Assembly: GCA_000934665.2 (NCBI GenBank)
Contig: KZ538085.1
Span: 62,001 to 126,000 of the forward strand
Reading direction: 5' to 3'
DNA: 64,000 nucleotides
DNA from: Catajapyx aquilonaris
Taxonomy: Eukaryota
The notes under the pieces were generated by a model. The model had not been told where the DNA came from. It did not search any database and was given only the letters and a program-made list of their open reading frames with translations. The translations under genes were made by a program, and so were the position numbers. Positions 42,591 through 54,657 of this stretch are shown piece after piece (position 1 is the first letter of the stretch; the number at the start of each line of letters is the position of its first letter).

Positions 42591-44031
42591 ATTTGTAGGT
42601 CATGAACTGGAAAAATTAAGTAATAATAAAAATCACAAAATCTGTACACATTCTATTTACTGTCACCTTGAACCAGTTTTAATACGTGCTCTTCTTGCGG
42701 CTGTAATTGTTGGGGGAGTATCGCAATTGAAAGACTGGGTTTTGCATACATCAACTGCTGTATTTGTCCTGACTTGTGTCACGTTTACAACTAATTTCCC
42801 ATCCAGAAGAGGAGGAGAAAGGAAAAAAAAAAAGAGGACAGATTAGTCAAAAAACACTTCGGCATTAACATTCGCTTAATGCCCTTTGGTGACGCTTCTC
42901 TCTCTCACAAGTTTTTGCAAAAATACCAGCTCCCTTCTGTCTGTTACTCAAAAACACTGGCGAAAAAACACTGATTTTAATGACTTGAGACTTCTTTTTT
43001 TTTTGGACGTTCAAACTTTCATACAGTCACTTGCACGCACAATCACTGGATTGGTCTCAAGCCATTAATTGGGATCGGATCGGTTTTTTATCAACAGCTA
43101 GAAAAATCGCTAAGGTCGAATATTATTGCAGATTTTCTATATTTGGACAAAGATCGAAAGTTTCAAGTATGACTTAGGTTAAAATAAAAATATTGAAAAA
43201 AAAATATATGCTCAATTGCATACATGTGCTTTATACACATATTTGATCAACACAAGTGCAGCTGTGGATTTTTGTCAGACACACAAAAATGTTTGGAAAG
43301 AAAACAAGTTTGGAATATTAACAATAATGCATTTAAACTTCTCACAAATTTAGATCTTGTTTAAAATCACGGGTCCTACAACATTACTTTTTTTTTTTGT
43401 CAGTTCAATAATATATTAACTTCTTCAGTTCCTACCAATTACCTTTCGCATTTAATTACGCACCTAATAATAATCTAACTCGGGTAATAATTATGGTTTA
43501 ACTATTTACAATAGTCTTTGGATAATTCCTCGTCAATAGTGGAATGTCACTTATTCCGGACATATCTTTGGACCTCGTTTAATTGGCATTTTCAATATTA
43601 ATAAACGCAAATGCGGCAAACATATCTTAAATGGCATTAAGTACAACGCGAAGCAGCTGCTATAGACAGAGCACCAATTTGTGGATCAATAAATAACACT
43701 TACTATGTAACTATACAACGCTACAATTAAATGCAGGAAGTACCGGGTTTCATTGCCAGGCGTACAGTGTCTACAAAAACTTATTGAATTTGCGTTAGTT
43801 GGCACACCATGCTGTGTAACGTTTTATGTAATCTACTGCTTCCTTTAATTAATTACTTGGCTAACGAACCACTGCCTGGCAATGACTTCTGTTACGCCCT
43901 GCATGATATTATGCGGTTAGCGCTAAAGTGCGTCAGTCAACAGCTATGCAACCTAAAAACTTGGAATAACTGCTTGAATCACCCCAAAAAATGCCAATTA
44001 AACACCCATCTACTTCCCGACCTGTCTTGAC

Positions 44032-45896
44032 CTAATTAGTAGGAGAATCTGAATTTATGGGGCCTCCTTGCAAACTACTTATGCTGTATCCAGTGATTGA
44101 GTCTGGACTCTGCAGGGACGCTGCGTAAATCGGATTGGCAGGAGTTGCTCCACTGCCGACGCCTCCTAAAATTCCTGCGTTGCCAGTGGCATCAAAGTGA
44201 GTCGAGTCGTACACACCCGACGACTGGTAGATATAGTCCGAGTCTGTCTTGAGCGAGGAGAACGACTGTTGGTGTGGCAGAGAGACCGTGTCGTCCTCCA
44301 TTGTGTCGTCAACCTGCGCCTTGTACGAGAACATTATGCTCGGCTGGGTCACCCTGAAGGAAGAAAACACAGACGTGAGTATCCCGAAGCGTTACAATTA
44401 CGAGGCGACTAACCCAAAGAACTCGGAGAGGAAGGTGTGATACACGAGCGGCGTGAGAAGCGTGAAGTAGACGTAAGAGGTGATGTCAACAATGCAGAGG
44501 CCGGCAATCGTGTGGTACAACAACAGACCGCTCCCTACGGACTGGCTGAGGTTTAGGGTCGACAGGAAACCAATGTAGTAGTAGAACGATCGCCGAGCTG
44601 GACAATGGAAAAGGCAGTGAGTAACAATACAGGACGGCTAATTGTTGTACGTACATGGAAGCGCGAGGCGTTCCCTCAGGCGTGTCCACGGAAGGATCAG
44701 AATCGACGTGTAGATCTGGAAAGGATTAGGAAGCGATAGAATTCGCATTTGCAGTGTAACATTTCAATGCAAAAAGTGGCGATTTGGCGATCAGAACTGG
44801 AATGGGTTAAATTCAACGGTTATCAATCAATTTGGTATCAGAAGACCGTCGTACGTTCATCACTTCGCCATAATTAGTGCGAATATAATCAAATAAGCCA
44901 ACTCTGAAAGGTCCATATCGGCCATACTGTTCATGTGTAGCGCAAACATTGGCAATAATCACCAGAAATGCAACCAGAATTTACGCAATTACGTATCATG
45001 CACAATTCATTACGGGCAATGTGTAGTTAAGTCAGACAACAATTTTCCATGTCACAGAATCATTGGTTACGACTTGTGTTTTATTGCCTTCGATTCGGTA
45101 CTGACCGTGGTGAAGATGAGCGATGAGACGAACCAGAAGAGCATCCCTCCGTGTGAGAAAAGGTAGATCTGCTTCGACGGGACGAGGAAGCTCTCATCGG
45201 GTGACACAATTTCCAGCGCACCCTGCGACACCGAGAACGCCAGGGAAATCGCAGAGGTCGCCAGAAGCACATGACGGATGCTGCTCTTGCTATCCAGATG
45301 TCCTGGAAGAAAAGCGGATGACGTTAAGTGCTGCAGATTGTACGCTGCCCATGGGACGTACCAAACGCAAGGCAGAATATGACGACGCTCATCTCCGTCG
45401 ATAGGAGGAAGCATCGGACGATGACCCAAAGGACCTTGTCGGCAATGTCCCCGACTTCCACAGCCGCATTGACAGTCATGGAGACGACGCATCTCACCAG
45501 TGAGATGATCACGTTTATTGCCACCAGCCCGTAGAATGTGAAGAAAATCGGCGAGGAGCTGGCCCTGAACTTGAGTCTAGCCCGGTTGAACCTCAGCGCC
45601 AGGAACAGGAAGAACACCAGGTTCGGAACCAATATTGCCAAGTCCCATATCCGCACCTGGAATATTCAGAGCAGTGTAATGTCCTGCCAGTCTTGCGTAC
45701 ATGCGACGGACAAAAGTACCTGCGAGTCTCCCACTTCCTTGAAGAGAACCCACTTGCAGAAGAAGTCCTCTCCGACACTTGAGCTCCTGTTCCCTCCGTC
45801 CTGTCCAAGCACCCTCATCAGCTGCATGACCTTTGACCCTTCTCCTGCCCTCTCAGTCCTCAGAAACTCAGGTCCTGACTCCATCTGGTTCAACAT
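44032..45896 (-). CDS. TPRA1: Transmembrane protein adipocyte-associated 1 (GPR175) homolog
   Basis: Exons 45896-45720, 45656-45362, 45302-45106, 44715-44655, 44597-44414, 44353-44032. Motifs: VRIWDLAILVPN, SSPIFFTFY, FLLSTEMSVVIFCLAFGHLDSKSSI, FSHGGMLFWFVSS, IMFSYKAQVDD. Confidence 0.93.
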
Positions 45897-46357
45897 GGCC
45901 CGTTCGACACAACCCGTCGTATCTCATCCAAACATCAGAACAACCATAAGAAGAACAGGGGGACGGACATTCAAAAAATAATAATCTCGAAAAAGAAAAT
46001 ACTGTCCAAAAAGAGAGAGAGCGACACTTTTTAAAATTAAAAAAAGGAACACGAAAAAAATGATCTACTTTTCGGCCGCCATCTTTGTTTCCGATCAACA
46101 GCTGGCAACACTGCCTGGCTGGCAACACTGATCATCCCCCAAATTTAATTAATTAGTTAATTAACTGTCAATATGTACACGCGATTTTATCCGAACATGT
46201 AATTTGAGATTGTAAAATAAAATTGAGAATATTATTTGCGAGTCTGTAGCGTAGCTGCTGTTTACGTAGCTAATATCCGGCTTTTTGGTGACCTCTGACC
46301 AGAAACGTTCCTATTTTCTGTCACCATTCGGCCCGCAGGATTTGATCAGAGAAAAAG

Positions 46358-47295
46358 ATGAGTTCTGGAAGTATTAGCCGTGTTTTGGTGACTGTGAATG
46401 ACTCGTTGCCTGGACTGGTGGCGTACGTGAAGGGCGGTGAGCACATATGTGACCTGATGGAACGTGTGGGAGAACGATGCAATGTGCAGATAGGCTCCTT
46501 TTATCTGGTGCTTGGGAATCATTATTTGCATCCGGATGATCCGGTTGATGTGCTGCGTTATGATGAGGAAGTCAGGTCGGTTTGTAGGTCTGCGCATTTG
46601 AAAAAAGGAGGAGCTGACGGTTTTGTTTCCTTTCCAGGTTGGTTATGGGGATGTTCGATCCTGCGGAGCATTATAAACTGGCCTGCCGTAAGGAGGAGAC
46701 TGCGGATATGTCGACAGGATCGCAGGACTGCTTGGAAAAGGAGGCAACACCCGACCAGCACCAGCCGGTTGAAGCAGCTCCCGTTGCTAAACAGTCAGAT
46801 GATGTGAAGGAGAAGACAAAGAGTAGCAATGGTGACAAAGAAGAAGAGGAAGGAAAACCAGGGCTGGAAAGAAAGAGAAAACGTACTGCAACCAAGAATA
46901 GACAAAGAAGAATACGCAAGAAAATAGCAAAATATGAAGAGCTAGCTAAAAAGGCATGTATGCATGCCATGCGGAATTTGGGGCAGGATGGAATGTACCA
47001 GGAGCAACAGAATGTGAAGCTAAACCCCGATAGATTCAACTAGGATGAAGCACCTGAAGATGACACCCGTCAATATGCTGACTCCAGCCTCCAGGGTAAT
47101 ACCAATGGGCCTCCACCTGCCATCCTGGATGATAACCAGTCTAATCATCTTGAACCTCCTGAATCGCCAGCGATTCACTGGGGTGGCGAATACTCAGTTC
47201 CCCAGTCTCCTGCACAGTTCCCCCGACCTCCTTTCAAACTCAGACTTGTAATGACCACACCGTATAAGAGAAGTCAACAGATGAATGGAAATTGA
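46358..47295 (+). CDS. Uncharacterised protein with coilin-N-like (ubiquitin-like) domain, copy 1; in-frame TAG at 47041-47043 (truncated allele or young pseudogene)
   Basis: Exons 46358-46575 and 46638-47043. The frame stays open after the TAG to a TGA at 47293-47295 that aligns with the paralog's stop. Basic RKRKR..RQRRIRKK stretch. Confidence 0.65.
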
Positions 47296-48223
47296 GTTTC
47301 ATTCATCCTACGTGACAGCCAGTCATAAAGTGATACTCATACGTGTTATCATTAAGTGCAGCTTACCAGAGACAGAACCACCTTTGCTCAAGATAAATGG
47401 ACAAATACAAGTGTACACAATCATCGTCACAACCGATCGAGTCGTGTCTGACCCTCTAATAGTAAAAGTACGTATTTGTTGTGAACGGTGCATTGTTCAG
47501 TCTTCCCACGTTTTCATTTTTCTAATAAATTCATTGAAGCTCTCTGAATGTGCATATTTGATTTGATGAGGGTCGCAGCAAGATGGATAAACATGGTGTT
47601 TATCCATCTAGGCCGTAATGTGTCCGTCAATAATTGTTGGACACATTACTTAGAGCGCACGGTGTAACAGTGATTGCCTTGCATACTAACGTGGGCAAAA
47701 ATGCATTTTTCCTTAATAATTATAATCAAAACACTGCCATTCTTATAAAAACTTTGTAAGAATTTATTCAACAGTTCTATACATGCATATCCCACTCACC
47801 GATACGAACACCATAAGAAGAATTGACCAGGAATGCGACCGAAAAATTTTGAAAATTGGGCAAAGAGCGAGCTCCAATTTAAATTTTCAAAAACGAACTC
47901 GAAAAATAATTTTCATAACAATTTTCGGCCGCCATCTTTGTTTCCTATTACCATCTGGCAACCCTGTGTTCGATCAGCGGGCTGGCAACACTGATCACTC
48001 CTAAATTCCGAAATATTTATCAAAACTGTCAATAGAATAAGCAATTAAATTGATTTATTTTGAATTTTAATCCGTAAAGTGTGATTAAAAATCGAGTAAA
48101 TTAAATTTGAGTCCATATCGTAGCAGCTATATTTTGTATAGCTATGAAAAATAGTCGTCCTGGTGACAGCTGCTTTTTTGTCACCTTTTTATTTTGTATG
48201 ATTTTGTTTGGTGACAGAAAAAG

Positions 48224-49250
48224 ATGAGTTCTGGAAGTATTAGCCGGGTTTTGGTGACCGTGAATGTCTCGTCGGAGTTGCCTGGACTGGTGGCGTACGT
48301 GGTGGGGGGTGAGCACATACGTGACCTGATGGAGCGTGTGGGAGAACGATGCAATGTGAAGAGAGGCACCTTTCACCTCATGTTTGGAAATGACTACTTG
48401 CATCCGGATGATCCGGTTGATGTCCTGCATCCGGATGATAGAGTCAGGTCGGTTGTGGATCAGTACGTTGCAAATAGGAGGGGCTGACGGATTATGTTCG
48501 CATTCCAGGTTGGTGTTGGGGACGTTTGATCCTGCGGTGCAGTATCGACTAGGCCGCCGTGAGGAGGAGACTGCGGATATGTCGACAGCATCGCAGGACC
48601 ATGTTGATACGGGGGCAACACCCGATGCCACACCCGACCAGCACCAGCCGGTTGAAGCAGCTCCCGTCGCTAAACAGTCCGACGATGTGAAGGACGACAA
48701 AGAAGACTGTAAAGCAGAAGAGGAAGAAAAGCAGGAACGTAAGAAACAGCTCTCGGACACAACCACAGAGTCTGGCCCCAGGCGCCGGAATAGACGAAGC
48801 CTCCGAAGACGTCTCAGGACAAAGGCAAGAGATCGGACGACAAATTGGCAGGAATTGAAGAATCAGAGGCAGGAAGCAACATACCAGGTGCCATACCAGG
48901 AGCAACCACGTCTAAACCACGTCAGATTCAACCAGGATGAATCAGCTGAAGATAACCCCTGCGAGACTGATGAACCGGAAGCCAGCATCCAGGGTAATCC
49001 TAATGGGGCTCCACCAGTCATCCCGGATCAACCGTTGACCTCAGGGGCTCGGGATGAAGAATCCGAGTCTGATTGTGATGAACAGTCGACGTATGCTGTG
49101 TTTTCTCCTGAACCGCCTGAATCTCCAGCCCCTCACTGGGGGGAATTCTCAGCTCTCACATCTCTTGCGCAGGCCCCACCGCCTCTTTTCAAACGCAGAC
49201 GTGTTGTGACGATGGGGTATGCGAGAAGCCCACAGCTTACGGAAAATTGA
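48224..49250 (+). CDS. Uncharacterised protein with coilin-N-like domain, copy 2 (intact)
   Basis: Exons 48224-48447 and 48509-49250. N-terminus SRVLVTV..GLVAYVVGGEHIRDLMERVGERCNVKRGTFHLMFGNDYLHPDDPVDVLHPDDRVRLV, then acidic and Arg-rich (RRRNRRSLRRRLR) low-complexity segments. Confidence 0.72.
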
Positions 49251-49388
49251 GTATGTGACAGCCAATCATAAAGTGTCACATGTTATCATTAAGAGGAGCC
49301 CACCCAAGACGGAGCAAGAGATGACCCAACTCTGCACAATTGATGATATTATCATCGCAACCACATGTCAGGTTGTGTCTGGCCCTCT

Positions 49389-49488
49389 CTTGTACTATGG
49401 GCGCCAAAAGAATTGACCGGAGTTGATGGGTATATGGTGCTATATACCCATCAACACCGGTCAATACTTTTGGCGCCCATAGTACAAG
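49389..49488. mobile_element. Near-perfect 100-nt palindrome: TIR-only MITE (49395-49482) flanked by TA
   Basis: CTTGTACTATGGGCGCCAAAAGAATTGACCGGAGTTGATGGGTATAT-GGTGCT-ATATACCCATCAACACCGGTCAATACTTTTGGCGCCCATAGTACAAG; absent at the homologous site of the other duplicate (about 47455-47470). Confidence 0.85.
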
Positions 49489-49958
49489 CACGTGTATGGT
49501 ACCTTTATATGGGAATGTAGCGTTTTGTTAGTCGTCCCATATTTAATTTTTCAAATAAATAAATTTGAAGCTGTACAAATGTGTAAGGTTTATTTCATGA
49601 CCTCGGGTTGGATATCAGCTGACTTTTTAAATATAATTAATTGAAACACTGTCTTTCTTATAAAAATTTATTCAACAATTCTATACAGGCCGAAAAGAAA
49701 AGAATAGCAGGAAGAACAGAAAATGAAAAAGAAAAAAACAAAACTCAGATCTGGGATAAATACAAGTTTGCGAGATGAGGTGATTAGAACACATCTCAAG
49801 ATTAACTTAGACAATATTTTACCTCGATATTTACGAATAAGAGTTGACTTTCCTCTCGGACCACTGGGATGGATTTGATCTGGAGATGAACTTCTGAGAG
49901 GCTATATCACGTGTCATACGGACATTTTTTTGGGGGGATAAGCTGTCACCACTTTTAC

Positions 49959-51545
49959 TTAAATGACTTGAGAAGCTGAGCTCTGACTGGCATAAATTAT
50001 AGCTCCCGTGAAGTTAATACCCGCAGCCAAAACGAACACGGGGAACCACCTTCCGTTTGACTTTACCACAAGTTCCGCAGTCAGAGGCCCGCAGAGAATA
50101 CCGGGTATTGTTGCAAGGGTGTTTGAAACCGCGAAGGTGACTCCCGCATTGTTGGGTGCGACCTCCGCGTGATTTGAGAGATGCCCTGCGGAATTGCAGG
50201 CACACAGCCCCATCGAGAGGGACACAATCAGGACAGCCAGAAGTAAGCTGTCCACGGAGCAAAGGGCCAGGAGGAATGCGCCTGGACCGAGCAATCCGAT
50301 GATGGTCATCAGGCGACGGACGGACAGGACTGTCCAGCCACGGGATGTAACCAGGGAGTCAGCCAAGTGGCCTGCAACTGTACGCAAGATTCAGTAACAA
50401 TTCACAACTACTGCGATGCGATTAACTTACCGACGCCTACAAGCGAGTTCACGATGTAAGGCACTGCGGTGAGACTGATGCTTTCCCTGTTGGCTCCAAG
50501 GGTTCTGGCCAGATACGTCGGAAGCCACTGCATCACAATGTAGTTGCTCCAGTTCATGGCGAAGTGGGCAATGTAGATGCTCCATAGGGGCCAGTGAGAC
50601 ACGAATTCGACCCACCTCACCTTCTGGGTCACCTTTGGGGTCAGCAGGGGAAGGGAGTCTTGGCCCTGGGCGGACGTGGACTCTCCTCGGTACAGCACCA
50701 CCCAGGCCAGACACCAGGCCAGTCCCATCCCTCCAAACATCCGGAATGAGTTGGCCCAATGCAAATGCGGGCATAAAACGGAGGCTAAAGTCTGGCCCAC
50801 CTGATAACAAAAAGACGAATGAACATACGTTGCATTAGCGGTAGTTATGCGACTCACCGAACCGGCAGCCACGAGGTACCCAAATGCGCGTGACCTCTCT
50901 TCAATGGAAACCTGGTGCGCAAACATGTGGAATACTGTCGGCAACCCCAGCCCCTCGCCAAGGCCCAACAATACGCGGGAAGCCAGCAACAATGGGAGCG
51001 ACGGTGCCACCCACGGCGTCACGAGGGTCGAGACGGACCATAACAATACTGCAAACAGAAGGACCGGCTTGCCTCCAAAGCGTGTCGCCGCACTCGCACC
51101 AATTATCTGCAATAACAAGTCATTACGTTTCACGACTAATTGTCTGGCCCAAATCTGCAAATATTCTTTCGCTTTCAGTAACTTCCATATTTTTTTAAAA
51201 ATGCAAATAAACCACAGGTCAAAGTCCTGCTGTGCAATCAGTCAGCATATGGCTGATAAAATGTGATGATACGACTGCCATCAACGTTCCCAATTGAATG
51301 TTTCGACGTCTCATTATTCTTATTAGCTAGATGCGTTTTAATTGATTTTTTCCATATAAATACGCCACCTGGCTAGTGAAGTATCCGAATGCAAACGACG
51401 AGAGGATCCAGCCCTGCCAGTACAGATTCCAGTGGAACTCGTCCGTCATCGGTACGATAGCGATGGGCATCAGGACCCTGTCCGCTGCGTTAATGAAGTT
51501 TGCAGCGCTGCACAGAGCAATCAGACGGGAGCTCCCCTTCACCAT
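49959..51545 (-). CDS. MFS transporter, SLC17/anion:cation symporter family (SLC17A9/PHT4-like)
   Basis: Exons 51545-51369, 51106-50858, 50800-50431, 50377-49959. Motifs: NFINAADRV, QGWILSSFAFGY, RFGGK, RVLLGLGEG, QWLPTYL, SNTLATIPGI. Confidence 0.88.
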
Positions 51546-52156
51546 CTTTGCGCACGGATTACGACGAGGCTGCTGACTACTGAAATTAATTAAATATTTT
51601 GCCCAATTTTTCTTTCCCCAAAAAATAATAAGCCAGATGTTACATGTCGCACTGTGAACATTTAAAAAAATATATAATTACTGCGATGCCAACACAGCGA
51701 CAACCCTTCACATATTATTAGTGTCATGTTGATGTGTGGCTTACGTCGTCGGAATGGTCCAGTGTCCCTTGGAAGTCTGCTGAGTTCAATAATTTTGCAA
51801 GTTTTTAGCTCCAGTTGTCTTCACATCTTGTTATGATTTTTTTTTCTTTCTTTCTTTTTTTTAAGGATCACCAGGTATCGCCTCGTGTTATCAGATCGTC
51901 CGACAATCTTATAGTTGGGGAATCGATACCGACGTGTCAGCCGCATCATTATGTACTTATTTAATTGTCTAATTATTTTTAAAAGATTTAATTACTATAA
52001 ATAGTTTAATGTGTGCATGTTCGAACACAGCTGAGTGGCAGGTGTGCCAACAGTCATATTGGCTACCCTGCGGTGTGTTTCAAGATGGCGGCGCTCAGGA
52101 CGTGGTTTAGTCATCTTTGTTAATTAAACTTAATTAAAAAACACGGTTAATTAGTG

Positions 52157-53296
52157 ATGGATGAGGGCGATTCGCCTCCTGCCGGACGCTCCGGGCTTCG
52201 TTTGTCCAAGAGGCAGCATGTGCGTTACCTCCGATTCTGCCTGTCGTCCCTTCCGGGCAAGTTTTGCTCGTTGGACAGCAGCAGATTGACAATCGCATTC
52301 TTCGCGGTCTCTGGACTTGATTTGTTGGGAAGCATACCTGAGGACCAGCGGGATAATATAGTCCAGTGGGTCTACTCGCTGCAGGTCGTACAATGCATTT
52401 TGAAGGTCATGCGTAAGATACTGACAAAACGGTTCACTTTGTAGGTTGTCACTGGAAGTCCGGATGAACAGTACAGAGGCGGATTCCAAGGTTCAAGTAC
52501 GCTTCTTTTTAAAAATATTGATTCCACTTTGCCCTTGTGGGGTCATCGGACAGGTCACATTACGATGACCTACACTGGATTGGCCCTGTTGCTCATTTTG
52601 GGCGACGACCTCTCCGGTGTGGATCGACTGGCGTCCTTATGTGGAACTCGTGCACTGCAGATGCCGGATGGGAGCTTTCGGGCGACGCTGAGCGGCGGAG
52701 AGAGCGACATGCGGTTTGTGTATTGCGCTGCTTGTGTGTGTTACATACTCGATGATTTCCAGAGCGGAATGGATGTACTCGCGGCTGAGGATTACATAAT
52801 CAGAAGCATTACATATGAGGGTGGGATTGGTCAAGCGCCTGGCCTTGAAGCGCACGGAGGCAGCACTTTCTGTGCGGTTGCAACTCTAGCTTTGATGGGC
52901 CGGCTGGACTCGGCAATGACCAAGACACAGCTGGACAGGCTCCGACTCTGGTGCATCAGACGACAACAGGACGGATTCCAGGGAAGGCCAAACAAACCGC
53001 AGGACACATGCTATTCCTTTTGGGTCGGCGCGACTTTAAAACTGTTGGGTGCCTACAGTATGGTTCACACTGACTCAAACCATGAGTATGTGCTGAGTAC
53101 ACAGGATCCCATCACTGGCGGTCTTGCAAAGTGGGAAGGTTGCGACCCAGATCCACTTCACACGTATCTAGGACTGTCGGGACTTGCCCTGATGGGAGCG
53201 GATGGACTGAAAGAGGTTCACCCTGCCCTGAACATCAGTGCTGAAGCAGCAAGGCGATTGGAAGAGATTCATAAAATATGGAGATCGGAACAGTAA
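52157..53296 (+). CDS. PGGT1B: Geranylgeranyl transferase type-1 subunit beta
   Basis: Exons 52157-52384 and 52445-53296; a possible extra upstream exon starts at ATG 52085. Motifs: LDSSRLTIAFFAVSGLDLL, GHITMTYTGL, ESDMRFVYCA, EAHGGSTFCA, GFQGRPNKPQDTCYSFW, PDPLHTYLGL. Confidence 0.96.
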
Positions 53297-54657
53297 TTGC
53301 TGCAGTTAATTGAAGCTTCACATGTCAATTAATTTTGGACCCGTATGACGAATTTAGGTCGTGAATTGTTTGAGGTCACTTCAGTGGCTGCTTCCTATCA
53401 AAGCAAACGATAGTCACAGTCGCCCAAATGAATTCGAACTGGTTTTGGGACAATCTTGTGGGTCCAAAATTCATATATCGGTGAATGCGCCTTTGTGACG
53501 GACATATCGAGGACAGATTTTGGAGAGTACATGCCACTGGATCTTCACTAGTAATCATTTACACATTACCTGTGAAGTTCGCTTAATTGGTAATTACTGT
53601 ATGTGTCTATGCTATTTTTTTAGGTATGACATAATCATTATTAGGAGTCTATTGATATATCCTGCCAAAACTCCTAAGGACTGATGATCAGGATGGGACA
53701 GGTAGATGCGAATGATTGAGTATTAAACAGAGCCATTAACAAGTAAACCTTTTTATATAATTATCTGTACACATTAAGCAGTTTCAACGTGTAATATTTT
53801 CTACAATGTGGAAAACATGCAGAATATTATCATATGCAACAAATTATGTCGATGGAATATCTCGAGATGCGTTTACACTACGGGAGAAGACGTGATTGAG
53901 ATGCAGTCGAAATAATATCAAGAGACACATTAGTGCGCTTTAGATGAGCAGTCCAAGTTGGTATCCCGTCACTTTGTAGCCCAAGTGTACATGTGTTTTG
54001 AAGCAGTACTACTGAACAATATCTAGGAACACATGCTTGTCTATCGCAGTTGAGACTGGCTTCCTAGTGTAATCACGCCTAACGTGCAAGCTAGGTTGCA
54101 CCACTGAACCTGCTGAGATAATTGTTGTACTGTATTTTAAAACATAACGTTTGTACTTGTTGGTAAAGCAAGCAGCATTTTGTACTCTATGGATGTGGCC
54201 TCTGAAATTTTGTGTCATATCATCTGTTGTTGCCACATGTCGCAAATATAAGCAGTGTTGCTCATCAGAATTAACAATACCTGTACATGTTAACGGACAT
54301 GCTGTCTTTGTAGTGATTGCAATAATTGTCATCTTAGATTCACCGTTACTACCAGTTGTGAGAACAGTTTCCGCAAATTATTTGTGGCCAACAGCGACTA
54401 ATTTTGATGAGAGTACAGGTCGCTTCATCCATGACAAGCTTTGTTACTAATTATTAGCCACTCTTTATTTTACAAACAGTGGCAAAGGTGTTAAAGTGCT
54501 TTTTAAAAATAAGAGGATATGAAAGAGAGAGAGAGATGGAAATTTTGCATGTAAAAGATGTATCTATTTGTTAATAACAACAACAGTGTAAATAAACTAT
54601 GTTAAAAAGTGAATTAAGACGTCTAGCGTCCAACTCATATGATTTTAAAAATTTCCA

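Larger units (their letters stand above)
45920..49688. repeat. ~1.9-kb tandem segmental duplication (units approx. 45920-47782 and 47783-49688)
   Basis: Both units start with ACCATAAGAAGAA..TTTTCGGCCGCCATCTTTGTTTCC..GCTGGCAACACTGATCA, carry paralogous two-exon genes and homologous 3' UTRs, and end in AAACACTG..TTCTTATAAAAA..TTTATTCAACA.TTCTATACA. Confidence 0.85.
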
